Source: Phoronis australis
Lineage: Eukaryota > Animalia > Phoronida
Assembly (NCBI GenBank): GCA_002633005.1
Contig: NMRA01000025.1
Coordinates: 537,900 to 601,899, forward strand
DNA: 64,000 bases
Direction: 5' to 3'
In this document: positions 48,301-64,000 of the stretch, piece after piece
How positions within the stretch are numbered: position 1 is the stretch's first letter
How the letters are laid out: every line of letters starts with the position of its first letter
The notes under the pieces: generated by a model
Databases searched by the model: none
The model's input: the letters and a program-made list of their open reading frames with translations, nothing else
Told to the model about the DNA's origin: nothing
Program-made: the position numbers and the translations under genes

Positions 48301-50185
48301 CCTCAGTTCAAATGCCTCCCGCTTTGCCAAGTGTTCAAAGTTGACGGGTAAAATTTTCGCACCTGGAAACAATTTGATTGTGACACCAGTGTAAACACGC
48401 TTAACATGACATGGTTCCGTCCAAGAATGAACTTTTGATCTAGACCACTAACCACTATAAAATTGATTTTATTGATTTTAACTTGTCCATAACAAGATTG
48501 AAAGTTATTTCTGGGATTGGAAACGCCAAGTGAAAGTGCGTTCTTCCTTGAGACCTAGTTGGTAAACCAACCCTCAAGTTTTTACTCGTTTTTGCTTGTC
48601 ACTCTGCCATTTGCATTTTTTATTCTACCGGTGAACTCATGAACTAAAGCATTCACTGGGCTTATTGGCTGGCATTCAGGTGACTGCGTAACATTATTAG
48701 GTCAAAAACTATGACTAGAAGATGGTAGATGATTTGATTCACTGATGTTAGAGGAAGGTAAAAAGAAACCAAATACAACCGGTAAGATCGTTTACAGTTT
48801 CTTGAACATGTCAAAGGAATTTGATTTGGTTAGTACTAACATTAATAAATACACTGAGCAAGAATTTTCTGCCTCCAGCTCTATTAAAGAGCTGAGTATT
48901 GGCCACTTGAGACCATCCTCTGTGCATAAAATGAAGCACCATGACAATTAAACTTGTAGAACCTAATCTCTTGCAATAACACACTGTCAATTCTTTCGGA
49001 GCCCTAAAATCACCTCAAATTTGACTAAGGAATAATTTGAGAACAATTTCATAATAATGAATAGTCTAAAGCAAAATTTTTTTTTTTTTTAAGTAAGGCA
49101 GGTTTATTACACAATTTTTCATTTGTTTAGTTAGACACATACAGCTTTCATGGTGAATTTTTTTAAAAGCTGGCTTTGGCGATTATTGTTCTTCAAGGCT
49201 GAGGAAATGTTACTGCACTGTGCACACTGGCACACTGAATGATGCGCCATCTCAACCAATTTGTGACAACAAATACATATAACTGAGAAATACTAATATG
49301 AATAACCACTAGCGTACTCATGTTGTTGTAGTCACCATCGAGATCGCTACACTTCTCCAGCAGATGCTCAAACCGTTTCTGTTTGCGTTTCTTCTTCAAA
49401 TACTCTTTGTAGTCCTCGTCCAATCCTTCCAAGTCACTGTCATCGTCATTGGCACCAACGTAACGAAACTCCTTCGCCTGGCCATCGTATCGAATGTTTC
49501 GGTATGCGTCCAAGTCGCGCTGTCGTAGACTTTCGAGGGTGTGTCTACCACTGGGCTTTCCATCTCGATTTAAAATCTATGATAGGGTGGATAGAACACA
49601 ATCAAGAACCAGCAAGTTGAGCAAATATTCCTTTTACCACAACAATTAGTTATGCCCACTTACCTATGGCGAGGAGGCAGTGTTGGCCAGTGGGACAACT
49701 GTTTGCTTCCTCAAGGACGTGGGTTGGAGTCCCACTGGGGCACACTGCTGGACCCTTGAGTCAGGTCTCTAGCTTCTCAACTCAGTTTTGACTATATATT
49801 AATAAACAATAAAAGTGGTTCAAAGTGATCAGTGCAATGGGCCCACCTGTATGGTCTGTGCCCGTCTGGTACAACGAGTACCAGACACGTCTGGTACAAT
49901 GAGTACCAGACCGCCTGCAATTATTTTTATGCATACCCACAAAGAAATATCAGATTTTTTTGCCAAAACCAGATCACAGTGACAAAAGTATTTAAACCTA
50001 AGAAAAAAACTTTTTATCAACAAGAATTATGGACTGATTCCGTTGTATTGATGAAAACGTAAACACAAATCACCATACCAATAACACGTCATAAACTTGT
50101 ATACAGGAACTAGAACTAGGTAATTCTGATTTTAGACCAAGGTAATAACAGAAAATGGGTAACATATGCTTTGACAATGATTGAC

Positions 50186-50216
<31 letters not shown>

Positions 50217-53200
50217 GTATGTATATGTATGACAATGATTGACTTTATATATATATATGTATATGTATGTATACATATGCTTTGACAATGATTGACTATA
50301 TATATATGTATATGTATGTGTCCAAACATTTCACATTAACTCAAAACGACATCACTCAGAGGAAGTAAAACATGCTAATTAAGCAAACGAGGTAAATCAC
50401 CAAAGCATTGGCACCAAAATGTACCAGAACAAAAAATTGGCTGGTGTCAATTCTGTAGTTGCAATGGTTATATTCATTTCAGTTTCATATTGATTTTTAG
50501 ACTAAGATGATGCTGCCAACCCCTTTACCTTGGAGACCATGTAAAGCAGGTAGATAACAATGCCGACACCGTAAACAGGTAACACCATGCTGACCAGGCC
50601 GGAGCCTCGACCACCGCCATCTTGTTTCCCATTCAAGGCTTGTTGGCGCATTTCAGCTGCATGCATGGCCGGTGACATGTGCCTCGACCGCGACTGTCAA
50701 TAGAGTAATTACAGTAAAATTAAGGAAATTTATTAAGGAAGATTTGCACACTTCACCAGCTACTGAGACATACAAACCACTGGCAACAAAGGGTTTAATT
50801 TTATCTGAAAATGCTAAATTTCTAAAGGGTCCAAGCTACCACATGCCTGGTACTGTGTTCCTGGTAATATACAGGTGCGAACCAAATTTGATAGAAATTA
50901 GATCAAAAAAGTATCTAGAGGTATAAAAAGCTTCCAATAAGGAAACATTAAAGAGGCTTTTCACTCACTGAAAGTAGTTGAAAACGATTGCACAATCACT
51001 GAAAACATGTGTTTACTTAGCTGGAACTCTTATGGAAAACATACTTTTTTCAAAACCACAGTTATCCTCCTCAGACCACCAGCCCATTTATGCCCACAGT
51101 TTGCAACCCAAAAATCTGACCTCCTGCAGAGCTGAGTCCCTGAGCTCCGCCAAACTGATTTTTTGACAAGACCATGAGCTCATATGATCAACAGAATAGT
51201 TACCTTCTCTTGTCCCGTATGTGGATTGATGCCTCTTGCTCGTGCAGCCGGGTGCATGTTTTGCATTCGCTCTGAAACATTTTGAAAACGATATTCACAA
51301 ACCAATGAACTCATATTTAAAAAAACACGCTACGGACAAATATAATGAAAATTGTTATTCGGGTACCTTTACTGGCTCATGAAACTGAAATGCGGTATCA
51401 CATAACAGGTTATTATAAATTTCAGTAAAGATCTAGGCTTCCCCCCTTTAATGCTAAGCTCAATTGGATTAAATTGTATTTTGGTAATGGGGATGGAAGG
51501 GCCCCCGAGTGCCCTACGTTAACAGTGACTTCCATACAATGAACCAACAAGCAGCTTCATCTAACAGGTGCTAGTCAGTAGGTACGGTTGTTACAAAGGA
51601 AGTGGCCCCACCGAGAGGCTGTCAGAAAATAACCTGCCATGGATTCCATACAAGTAATGAGCTGCAATGTTCCTAAGGCCCAACCAAAGTGGTGATCTCA
51701 GAAGTATTACGGTATGTAGCAAAGATTATTGAGTTTGTAAAAGTTTTGCAAAATAATTTGACACCATTGCACATCAGAAAATGGAAGAAAAGGTGTGTAC
51801 TTTCCTATTTAACAGATTCAGTTACACAAATGATTGACGCTGTCTCTTGGGTGCCCTAAAAGGTTAAAGATTTAAAGAATGTTGTGTAAAGTTTTATGTC
51901 AATTCATTAATGAATTCCTCTGGTTTAAATCAGGAGGCCATGTTTGTTGTTGCCTTAAAACGATGCCTTGCGTGGGTGAAGAGAACTTGTCAGCGTGTTC
52001 AGTCAAAATGCATTTTGCTTTCAAGTCTTCTTCACCCACTTTAAGTGACAATTCGCAAAAAATCAGTGTTCTACAGTAATTTCATAAATTCCTTTATATA
52101 CGTTTTAATTATCCAGTCATACCTTTGTCAAGTAACAGCTGGCAGTCTGGGCTCAAGAGTCTTCTCCATTGTTTTAGAAAATAGTGCCATACTAGTAGTT
52201 ACAGTAGTGGGGGGGAGCAGAGCAGGGGCAGCACTGAGAAGGGTGATCAACCATGGAGGCAAAAGGCAAAAAATGCGACTGCCGAGAGGGGAGTGCATCG
52301 TTATCTTTACCCCTGGGCCATGAAGGAACTTCTTGCCACTATGGACACATTTTAGGAGCTAAGATTTTAGGAATCACACAAATAAGTATCAAGTTCACGA
52401 AGGTAACTATAACGAAGGTTCATCAAGGAAAAAAATGCTGAGTGAGAACAGATTTGCAGTACAAGAAAAAAGTTGATGAGTACTATAAGAGCTTTAATAC
52501 CAAATTTGTCATATTAACAGAGCCAATTATTTTAGTGAATTACAGATAACTCATAATTAATTTATTTATTATTTTGGAATACTGAAGTATTCAGTATGTG
52601 TACTGTATTTTACACAAGAGAATAAACCTGATTAGTATTACAAACCTTTTTGTAATGCTTTGTTAAGAAAATTATAAACAAAATTACAGATACTACTTTG
52701 TTTTGAACCTCTTGTTATGGGTAATCGCATGGACACATTTTTCAAATTTAAGCATTTTTAAATTTTGAAATTTGTTATACCTACAATTCAGTGACTACAC
52801 ATACTTTTTTCAGCTTTAGCTATAGGATGCAATCTTCTTGTTTCAGGCAAAATCGTAAAAACCGACAGAGGGCACTAGCCAATCCTGGTGTAAAAACTCC
52901 TTGGTTTTGCTTCAAGATTCAAAATTTAGAAGCAAAATATGCCAATGAGATCGCATTTTATAGAATTTCGAACGTATGTCACAGTTATAGAATACTATAT
53001 TACAAACAAACTGAGACCAGTGAAGGATAAACAACCGTCTCGTATGGACAGCAGTCAGTTGCATCCTACTCCGAGCTAGGCAAAAGTAAACATGAACATG
53101 ACGAATGTGGCAAGCAGCGATGGTGACGTCGCTTTTATCCAGTTTTTGGGGAACTCACCTAATGCTTCTTCTCTGGCACTTTTTCCAGACAATCCAAAAA

Positions 53201-53285
53201 GCTTCTGTATCATAGGGTGAAATATTTTAGGATAAAGAACGGCAAAGCAAGCGAAAATTATAAGAAAAACAACCCATGGCTTCAT
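45306..53285 (-). CDS. RIC3: Resistance to inhibitors of cholinesterase 3 (nAChR chaperone); exons 53285-53159, 51271-51204, 50693-50529, 49576-49318, 47950-47814, 45725-45306 (391 aa)
   Basis: N-terminal hydrophobic segment FLIIFACFAVLYPKIFHPM; second TM GLVSMVLPVYGVGIVIYLLYMVSK; coiled coil ELRVLQQRLLETEEQMKQIM; acidic C-terminus. GT/AG borders and phases (1,0,0,1,0) are consistent. Confidence 0.9.
46612..47313. repeat. About 40-bp minisatellite, 5 copies, present twice because of the n-join duplication
   Basis: Unit gtaactaatggaagcaacaggcctggacacataccaccct at 46612-46822 and 47104-47313. Confidence 0.85.
49671..49930 (+). mobile_element. Second, more diverged copy of the tRNA-derived SINE, in a RIC3 intron
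   Basis: gaggaggcagtgttggcc...gtgatcagtgcaatgggcccac...cagaccgcctgcaattattttt aligns with the reverse complement of 34410-34657. Confidence 0.75.
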
Positions 53286-53559
53286 CTTGCAGGTTTGTGG
53301 CCAAGTCTCGCGTTCAATGGGATATTGCGTTATTTTATACGATGTGGATAACGATGTTCCTTTGTTATAGTTGCAGCTTCGTATAGATAATCGCTGGTTC
53401 CCGGCAGACAACGTGTAGTGACTCCTTCGAAAACGTCTAGACTGAAGACGAAAACTTAAGTTTTTAAATCAATAAGATCGTATTCATTTTTACTACAGAC
53501 ATTGATATTAGAAGAGTTTTGCAGATGACATGAAATCGGTTAAATAAGTTTTCTTTGGT

Positions 53560-56415
<2,856 letters not shown>

Positions 56416-56425
56416 ACAGGGAGAC

Positions 56426-56638
56426 CAGTGGCAGATATACGTTTTCAATTAAGGGGGGTTAGGATTCGAGCGCACTGAAGGTCGGGAGGGAGTTTCCCCA
56501 CCCGTGTAATATTTTTTGTGGTTTATAGTAGCTGATTTCGTTTTTCTGGCGAAAATTTTTTCAATTATTATTTTTGACGCTGTACTGAGGACGGGTTTGA
56601 ACCCCCTGAACCCCCCCTCCCCTGTAGATCCGCCTCTG
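56426..56638. mobile_element. 213-bp MITE, inverted short relative of the 25585-27927 element, 5-bp TSD
   Basis: Termini cagtggcagatatacg / gtagatccgcctctg; TSD gagac on both sides. Both ends match the reverse complement of the long element's ends. Confidence 0.8.
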
Positions 56639-56699
56639 GAGACTACACATATGGTATTTCCTAATTACAGAGTAGGCTTGACCACATAGTTTTCATGTC

Positions 56700-57650
56700 A
56701 GTCACAGTCATCCACGATGAAACTAGTAATGACCAAGTTCAGTTATTCTCTTGTACAAACTAAAAAGGTTCACAACATTCATAAAAGTAAGGTAATGTAG
56801 AATTACTTAATACTTCAGTTTTAAAACAAAAAACAGTTCCGTTGATAGTGTGATATTCAAGTTCATCACATTGTCCACATACTGCAAGAAGATTACAAAA
56901 ACCAGCAACTGAGGATCAGAGAACATTGCACTTTGAACAAGATCATCGGCATACACAAGATAGTTCATGATGTACACATGAGATACTACGAAGACAATTT
57001 TACAGTTATTCAAAACTAAGTCCATCGATGTCGACATTGAAAAAGTAACACAATAGCAATACACCTTGTCTTACGTCATTTGAAGACTTGAGGAATGTTG
57101 GAAAAACGTGACCCCAACGTCAGGAGAATTGTTCAGAATACTAAAAATACATTCCACCAACATAACTAGGCAAACTTTAACATGATTTACTCGGTCTAAT
57201 GCCCAGGTAACATGATTCAGTAGTCGTCATTGCCCTGGTAACATGAACAAAGTATGGAAATATGTTGCTGTTCAAAAGGTTAAATGCATTCGTAATTTCA
57301 TTGATCTGTCCTATACATGTAATTATTTTTCAATCAAAAATGATCAGGCGGACTGAGTATAAGTGAAGTCCCGGATGCGGTCCCAAACAATAAATTACAA
57401 GTTTGAATTTAAAGTTGGTGCATCCTTTTTTCATATTTACCATTTGCGATAGATGCTAAATTGTTAAGAATTGAAACAAAATGAATTTTTACGAATGTTC
57501 ACAGAATTTTAACTTTTTAAACAAGCACATTATACTTTGAACAAAAGTTGACTTTCAAACAAAAAACGATTTCAGAACAATTTCAGAATTTAGCAGAATG
57601 CAAGGTTAATGGAATGGGCAGTTCACATTGAAATAAATAGAAGATTCATA
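56700..57650 (-). mobile_element. Highly decayed LINE reverse transcriptase fragment
   Basis: Minus-strand NDVRQG (~57070) followed at the expected spacing by NYLVYADDLV (~56950). Boundaries approximate. Confidence 0.65.
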
Positions 57651-59199
57651 ACACTCATTGCACAATCACCGGAAACTTGTAGAAAACTGCTTTTTGTAGC
57701 AGTGTGTCTACAAATGTATAGTTCAATCTTCACCAATGACAATGTAATTCAGAAAAGTCGCCATGTTGTCCAACGTGAATTGTGAGCACTTTAACTACTG
57801 CATAAGTTACACCACGTGATTAAATTCTGGCGTAAGGATATGTGTTACTAAATTCTACTGCCAGTTGAGAATATTTGTGAAAATAATGTTTAAGCACTTT
57901 TAAGCTGGTAACCTATGCCGGTGACATCTCAAGGCGGCCAGCCCGATCAAAATACATGTAATGTCAAAATTTGACACATAACTTGCGATAACTTTTGAAT
58001 GCACACTGCGATTTTGATAATTTTTTTTAAATTTTTGTATTTCAGGCATCGATGCCTCTCCTGTGACGTAGGCTTTTGTCGCCAAAGTGAAAAAATAATT
58101 TTCAGTTTGAGCGCTTCATACAGTCTCGATCCATTTAATTCAAAAGACTTGTTTATGAATTAAAACTAAGTTGCCTTGAAATAGTGCACAGATCCGAATA
58201 TTTTAATAAAAATTACATGAATTATTCATGTCAGTCTAAAAATTCTCCAAGGGCGTCAATCGTTTTGAGTATTGGCAACAGGCAAATTTGTCATCTCTTG
58301 TGCGTGCGTAACATCGGTTATGAGCGCTCAACGAGTGAAATGGTAGTATGAATATGTCAGACAGCATTACGGTCCCTAAAGTGATGATTTTCATTAATTA
58401 TTCCTTCTTGAAACCATTTCAAAAGTAATGAAGTTACAAAAGCATTCGTTTAAAAAGTGTAGAATACGCGATATTGGGATATTGTAGAACAAAAAAAAAA
58501 AAACATTTCAGAGATTTTCTAAATTTGTTCATACATCAAAGATTTATTCACAAACAAATATTTCAATACCCGCAGCCAAGCAAACTCGGTTGTAGAAGCA
58601 CTTGAGTGACACCCACTTTCAACACTACAAAAAAGTGCTTCCGGATTTACCTCCCCTGTTGTGTGATGAAGGCAGCAAAATTATTAGCAAGTAGTGTAGT
58701 AGTACACTCCTTGTTATTAGCAAGTAGTGTAGTAGTACACTCCTTGTTATTAGCNGTCTAAAAATTCTCCAAGGCGTCAATCGTTTTGAGTATTGGCAAC
58801 AGGCAAATTTGTCATCTCTTGTGCGTGCGTAACATCGGTTATGAGCGCTCAACGAGTGAAATGGTAATATGAATACGTCAGACAGCATTACGGTCCCTAA
58901 AGTGATGATTTTCATTAATTATTCCTTCTTGAAACCATTTCAAAAGTAATGAAGTTACAAAAGCATTCGTTTAAAAAGTGTAGAATACGCGATATTGGGA
59001 TATTGTAGAACAAAAAAAAAACATTCCAGAGATTTTCTAAATTTGTTCATACATCAAAGATTTATTCACAAACAAATATTTCAATACCCGCAGCCAAGCA
59101 AACTCGGTTGTAGAAGCACTTGAGTGACACCCACTTTCAACACTACAAAAAAGTGCTTCCGGATTTACCTCCCCTGTTGTGTGATGAAGGCAGCAAAAT

Positions 59200-59337
59200 T
59201 ATTAGCAAGTAGTGTAGTAGTACACTCCTTGTTATTAGCAAGTAGTGTAGTAGTACACTCCTTGTTATTAGCAAGTAGTGTAGTAGTACACTCCTTGTTA
59301 TTAGCAAGTAGTGTAGTAGTACACTCCTTGTTATTAG
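59200..59337. repeat. 33-bp minisatellite, 4 copies (2 more at 58681-58753)
   Basis: Unit tattagcaagtagtgtagtagtacactccttgt. Confidence 0.85.
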
Positions 59338-59639
59338 TATCAATTTTATTTGATACTCCTCATGTCCCACTTCCTAATCCCATTATGTGTTTTTCTCTAA
59401 TTGCAGGCAGTCCACCTGTTTTATATTGGAAATTCTGTTTTCGGTATGCAAAAACATATCATTTTCTTCGTAAACCTACGAAGGCCTCTAGGTAAAAACC
59501 TAAGAGGTCAATAACTGCAAAATTGGTGATTTTGTATCAGAGCCATACCACGATCATATGCACAAAGTTTAAGCCAAATCTGGAAGGTGACCCCCTACAG
59601 TGATTTTTGATTTCTTTTGATTTTTGCGTGGAATGGCTT

Positions 59640-59798
59640 TGAAATTGCCACTAGGATGCACAGCGGTAGGCGATTTGGTCGGGAGCTCCTAGTCCGCTTC
59701 ACGGGACACATTTTCCAAACCAGCGGCAGACGCCAGCAAGCCCCGAGAGAGATGACTGCAATATGCACCCACACATGTAAACGTGGGCGCATAAAAAA
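59640..59798 (+). mobile_element. Diverged HINE terminal fragment
   Basis: gaaattgccactaggatgcacag ... cagacgcc ... gagagatgactgcaatatgcacccacacatgtaaacgtgggcgcataaaaa matches the 7160-7345 end. Confidence 0.6.
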
Positions 59799-60717
59799 CA
59801 GTTCCATTTTGTTCAAAATTCCGTGGTTTCTCATTGGTATACTGTTGTACTTATTGTATGCTTGAGATTATAAAAACACGCATGTCCAAGCAGAAGTTGT
59901 TGTTATAGCAACGTTACATACGTATTAATCAATATAATTATTTGAAAACCATACACCATTTTCGTCCTAACGTCCATAACGTCCATAAGGTCCACTTGCA
60001 TAACGTCCATAAGGTCCACTTGCATAACATAAAAAACATGACTTGTTTTGTGTGACTAGCTATATCAAAAATGTGCTCATAACTCGAGGATTACACTGTT
60101 TTGTATGAAACTGAAGTCACATAAAAAGCCAATCATTTTACAAAACCTCTGGAAACGCCAAATCAAATACTGGTTTAAGAATTTCTTAAACTTGGATTTA
60201 TAAAAAATCGTTAATGTATTCAGAGTAGCCTCGAAAATAAAAACACTTGCTTTTACAATGCATTGTAATCTGCCTCACAAAATAGTTTTTCTATAATGAA
60301 CAGGCAAGACAGCTATTCCAAGTTTAAGGTGATGAAGCCCTGCTTAACTAGAGAATGCTTCCTTCCCAACTAGTTTTTGTAAAGGGAAAATAGAATTGTT
60401 ATGTTTTTTATCCTATCAAAATGTTTACTTCGCCACATATTTTTTGTAAAGCGAAAAATAGATTATTCCCTAAGTTAAAGCATTGGGCGTGGTTTGTTTA
60501 AACATGAAAATGGGTAGAAAGCAATCAAACAATCACGGAATGTTTTCAGAGAGAGTATCAAAAATAAATATATATCCTTATATAATGTACTACAACACTT
60601 TGCAGAATTTTAATTGTTATGTATTTGTTCAATCATTGTCTCCGATGTGGCTATAGTTTTGACAGGAGATATGACGTCCCCTGGCGCGTGCACAGTAAAA
60701 ATGGCCAGTTATCGAAT

Positions 60718-60955
60718 TGGGAAACTGAAAGTAGGACTGCTCGAAAAAAAAACGATTGATGCGTTCGACATGGGCGGTGCACTATAGGGGGCTGGGGGGT
60801 GGCTATAGCCCCACTTTTTTCAGCCATGCTGCGCCGCCCATGTTCGAGTTAAAGACATCGCGGCGGCCTCCTAAGGTGTCCTTCTATGCGGAAAATGTAC
60901 TTATAGCAACATGACTGATGGTTTAATCAGTGTGAGGCATAATTCGCCGAAAAAC
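60718..60955. mobile_element. Old diverged remnant of the same Mutator-like TIR, interrupted by a nested micro-MITE
   Basis: gaaactgaaagtaggactgctcgaa...cctcctaaggtgtccttctatgcg...gaggcataattcgccgaaaa aligns with the right TIR at about 15815-15990. Confidence 0.7.
60769..60842. mobile_element. 74-bp hAT-like micro-MITE with 5-bp TSD
   Basis: Termini catgggcggtgca / tgcgccgcccatg; TSD ttcga on both sides. Confidence 0.7.
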
Positions 60956-62156
60956 TAGCTCCTATACGTGCAAAAGTCCAATAGGAGCTGGACCGTCTCA
61001 ACTGCCAAGTAAAGACGGTGGCACTATCTATAAAGACGTGTCAAAACTCAAAACCTGTATTACGCCGAAAGGAAAGATCTAATAAATACGGTTGCAAGGA
61101 GCTGTTAATGACAGCGCATTAATTTGACATGGATAATGTAATACTGGCGCGTAGCCACACCAGGCGGGCGCGTTACTATACTGAAAGCCCCTGTACGTGC
61201 AGGTGACTGTTGAAAGTACAAGGTTGAGGTGACAATGCGACGTTCCTGCGTCACCACTGGACTGTGACAGCAAATCACAAACTAGACTAGCGTGATCGAC
61301 ACCGCGGACTGAGCTGTGGCCAACAAGTTTTTCAGGCCCCGCAGTAGATAAGCCGCTAGCCGCGGATTTTGGCCGGCTTTTGATTTTCAGTTTACTTGAG
61401 TGTATAAACGATATGACGCTCGAATCAGTAAATGTTCTAAGCTAATAAATAGTGATAGTATCAAATTCATGACGTCTTTAGTCGCCATATTCTGCAGCGG
61501 GCAAAATCTCGGCAATCGCGCCGGGGTCGTTTGCAACCTACATGAGGTGAGAGTCGTTGGTATCGTGAGGACTGAGAATGCAGTCTGGCCTCTGATCGGT
61601 ATGAGCTAGACCTATGAATGACGCACCGCTCAGCCTGGAAACAATACACTAGTAGCCGGGTCTTATATAATAAGTCGTGCCAACTGAATTTATTTCAACA
61701 TCCTCTTAAAGTTAATTACTGTTACACAATTCTTTTTTAAGACATATTGAACATCCCCGCCAGACTGTCGGCATTCTTTCTCATACTTTGACAATTAAAA
61801 TTTAGAGAAGCGCTTCGTTCAGTTGCGTTGCAACCTGAAAATATGAAATATACATAGAGGTCCCCATGATAGCAAGTAGCAGCAGATATTAATAAAAACA
61901 ACAACGGATTTAAAAGAGTTTAAGCGCCGAATCGTGACCACTACATCCGCCGGCTCAGTGTCGGACTGTATTTTCTTCATCCTCACTGATTACAGGGCTC
62001 ATCTACTGTGTGCTACTCAAGCACAAGAAAAAGATTGTAGCATACCTTGCTTTGACTTACTTTAATAAAAAATAAATATTTCACTGATTTTACACAGTTG
62101 TTACATCATTGGGTAGAATTATTATCTTACCAGTAAGAAGCATCGAGATGGTTATA

Positions 62157-62497
62157 CAGGGTGACCCCAAAATCACTCATAGAATTTCAAATGCCAATAC
62201 TTCTGATGTTCGTCGACTAAAAACAAGATTAGTAATTTAAATTCATGGAGCAGTGGTAAAATGATTAAGAACTTAAATGAAAATCTATGATTTATTTATT
62301 AACTAGAGAAGAATGTTAATTGTGTGCACCACGGGGACTGGCTCGTAAAACCTGTTAGTCCCATTCTGCGCTTGAAGTTCTTGAGTTTCCTGTAGTTTCG
62401 GCATTCTTTCAAACAGAGACGTTTGTTTGTTGTTTCGATGTAGTGATGCAGTAGGCCGGTGTTGTACTGTGATGTGAGTATCTTCTGGGACACCCTG
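62157..62497. mobile_element. Tc1/mariner-type MITE, 341 bp, TA TSD
   Basis: TA|cagggtgaccccaaaatcactcat ... gtgagtatcttctgggacaccctg|TA. Confidence 0.7.
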
Positions 62498-64000
62498 TAT
62501 ATAAAGTAATCGAGGGCTCGTTTGGTATTTTTCCTATTACTTAGGTACACTTTAGAACAGCGCCCTCTATTAAAAATCAATTTTTACGATGGCGATGAGC
62601 AAAAGCTATCGTGTGCATCATAGACCACCTCAGCAGGAGCCGCCAACACCCTATAGCGTCCTGCTAGATTGCAGAGGAAAAGATGAGGCCTTACTGTTTG
62701 AGTCCAATGCAATTGCAGCGTTGTGTAAGTATGCACTGGATTGTCTGGTGGCTTATTCTGACACCCGGTGTCCTGCTCGCCGGGTGTTTTGATTTTCGTA
62801 TTCGATTGTTGACTTCCTGGTTTTTCAGTTCTTTGTTATTTTCATCCTATGAGCAAGAATGACAAAAAGTTCAGAGTAACCTGTGTTTTCATGCTGATAA
62901 AAATCAAACTACTTTGACGGAGTTAAGTGGAAAATAATGTTGTAAAATCCACCTTGCGTTAACAATCTTAAGTAGGGCAGGCATACAAGTCTTTAGTACT
63001 TCTGACTGTTTGCCGGTGGTGTGGAGGAAGGATTTCGAGTGCTGCTCCACACACCAGCACGTGTATCAGCTGTAGAAAGGCTGATGAGTGCTCATGTTAC
63101 CCCCTTATTGGACAGCACCGGTATATGGGCCGGGACAGCCAATCTCGGCAGTCTCAAGACTCAAAGACAAAAAACATTTGTTTTTCGATGTCAACAGGGG
63201 GCGCGTGCGGCAGAAAGTCAGCACAGCAGTGAAACAGGCCGAATACCATCTTACTACACTCTTCCCAAGTTGGGTTGCTGTAGTTTATACATGAGTCCCT
63301 GATTTAAGAACCAGTTACTTCCGCTGAATAACGCCCGTTATTCAGTGATAGTAACTGGTTCTCAAGATTTAAGATTCAAGAAGCTTTAGTTAACGTCGTT
63401 CGGAGAACAGATTAACATTAGCCAGTTGGGCTATTACTACGACATCAATTTTAAATCAGGGACCCACCTGTTCGACTATTACCCATCGTATGGATCACCA
63501 ACGTGTAAAACCAGGCAGTAGGGCAGGGCTCGACATAACGAGCTGCAGGTCGCATTTGCGACCTGAAATTTGGAAATGCGAGCTGAGATTTTTGTCAGCT
63601 CGTATCAAGTCGCAAAATGCGACCTGGAATTTCCAACGAATGCGAGCTGAGTTTTTGCACTTCTCAACAGATACCTGGCAAATACCAAGCATCTCTTGTT
63701 AATCGGACCATTATTTGCATGGTTGTTGCCAAATCCAAGTTCAAAAGAACACTAACCGAGAACTGCCCTCCCGATGACTTGTAAGCAAGTCGCGTGAACA
63801 TGGGATATGCAGAATCGATCTTTGACGCGTTTCATTGGCTAACACTTTCGGCCACTTTTGTAAATTCCCGGATTCGCCGAAGAAAGTTTCGGGCCACTGC
63901 TTAACACGTGATAAAACTTCACAAAACAACGGTGTTTCTACTAATTCTTAAGCGATCAACTTACCAAACTTTGTGGTGGACAAAAATGTTTATTTTTCAC

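Noticed and set aside
58232-59270. About 520-bp tandem duplication
   Set aside because: The copies are joined at a single n (~58755), so an assembly artefact is most likely.

Overview
This is eukaryotic DNA, AT-rich and from a draft assembly with N gaps and single-n contig joins; it most likely comes from a bilaterian invertebrate. It holds four protein-coding genes. BDP1 (TFIIIB B'') is spliced, on the minus strand, and runs off the left edge. A GT31 beta-1,3-galactosyltransferase has a single coding exon. Mitochondrial EF-G1 (GFM1) has 4 coding exons, and its first coding intron is GC-AG. RIC3 is on the minus strand with 6 exons. The rest is dense in mobile DNA: DINE-1-like Helentron elements (HINEs), long-TIR Mutator-like elements with 9-bp TSDs, a hAT-like family with 5-bp TSDs, Tc1/mariner MITEs, tRNA-derived SINEs, three to four decayed LINEs and several minisatellites. 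The most interesting signal is that the HINE central repeats each carry a close match to the CTCF motif (about 16 copies in the window). Several apparent tandem duplications sit at n/N joins and are probably unmerged haplotypes. All calls were made by eye; no database searches were run.
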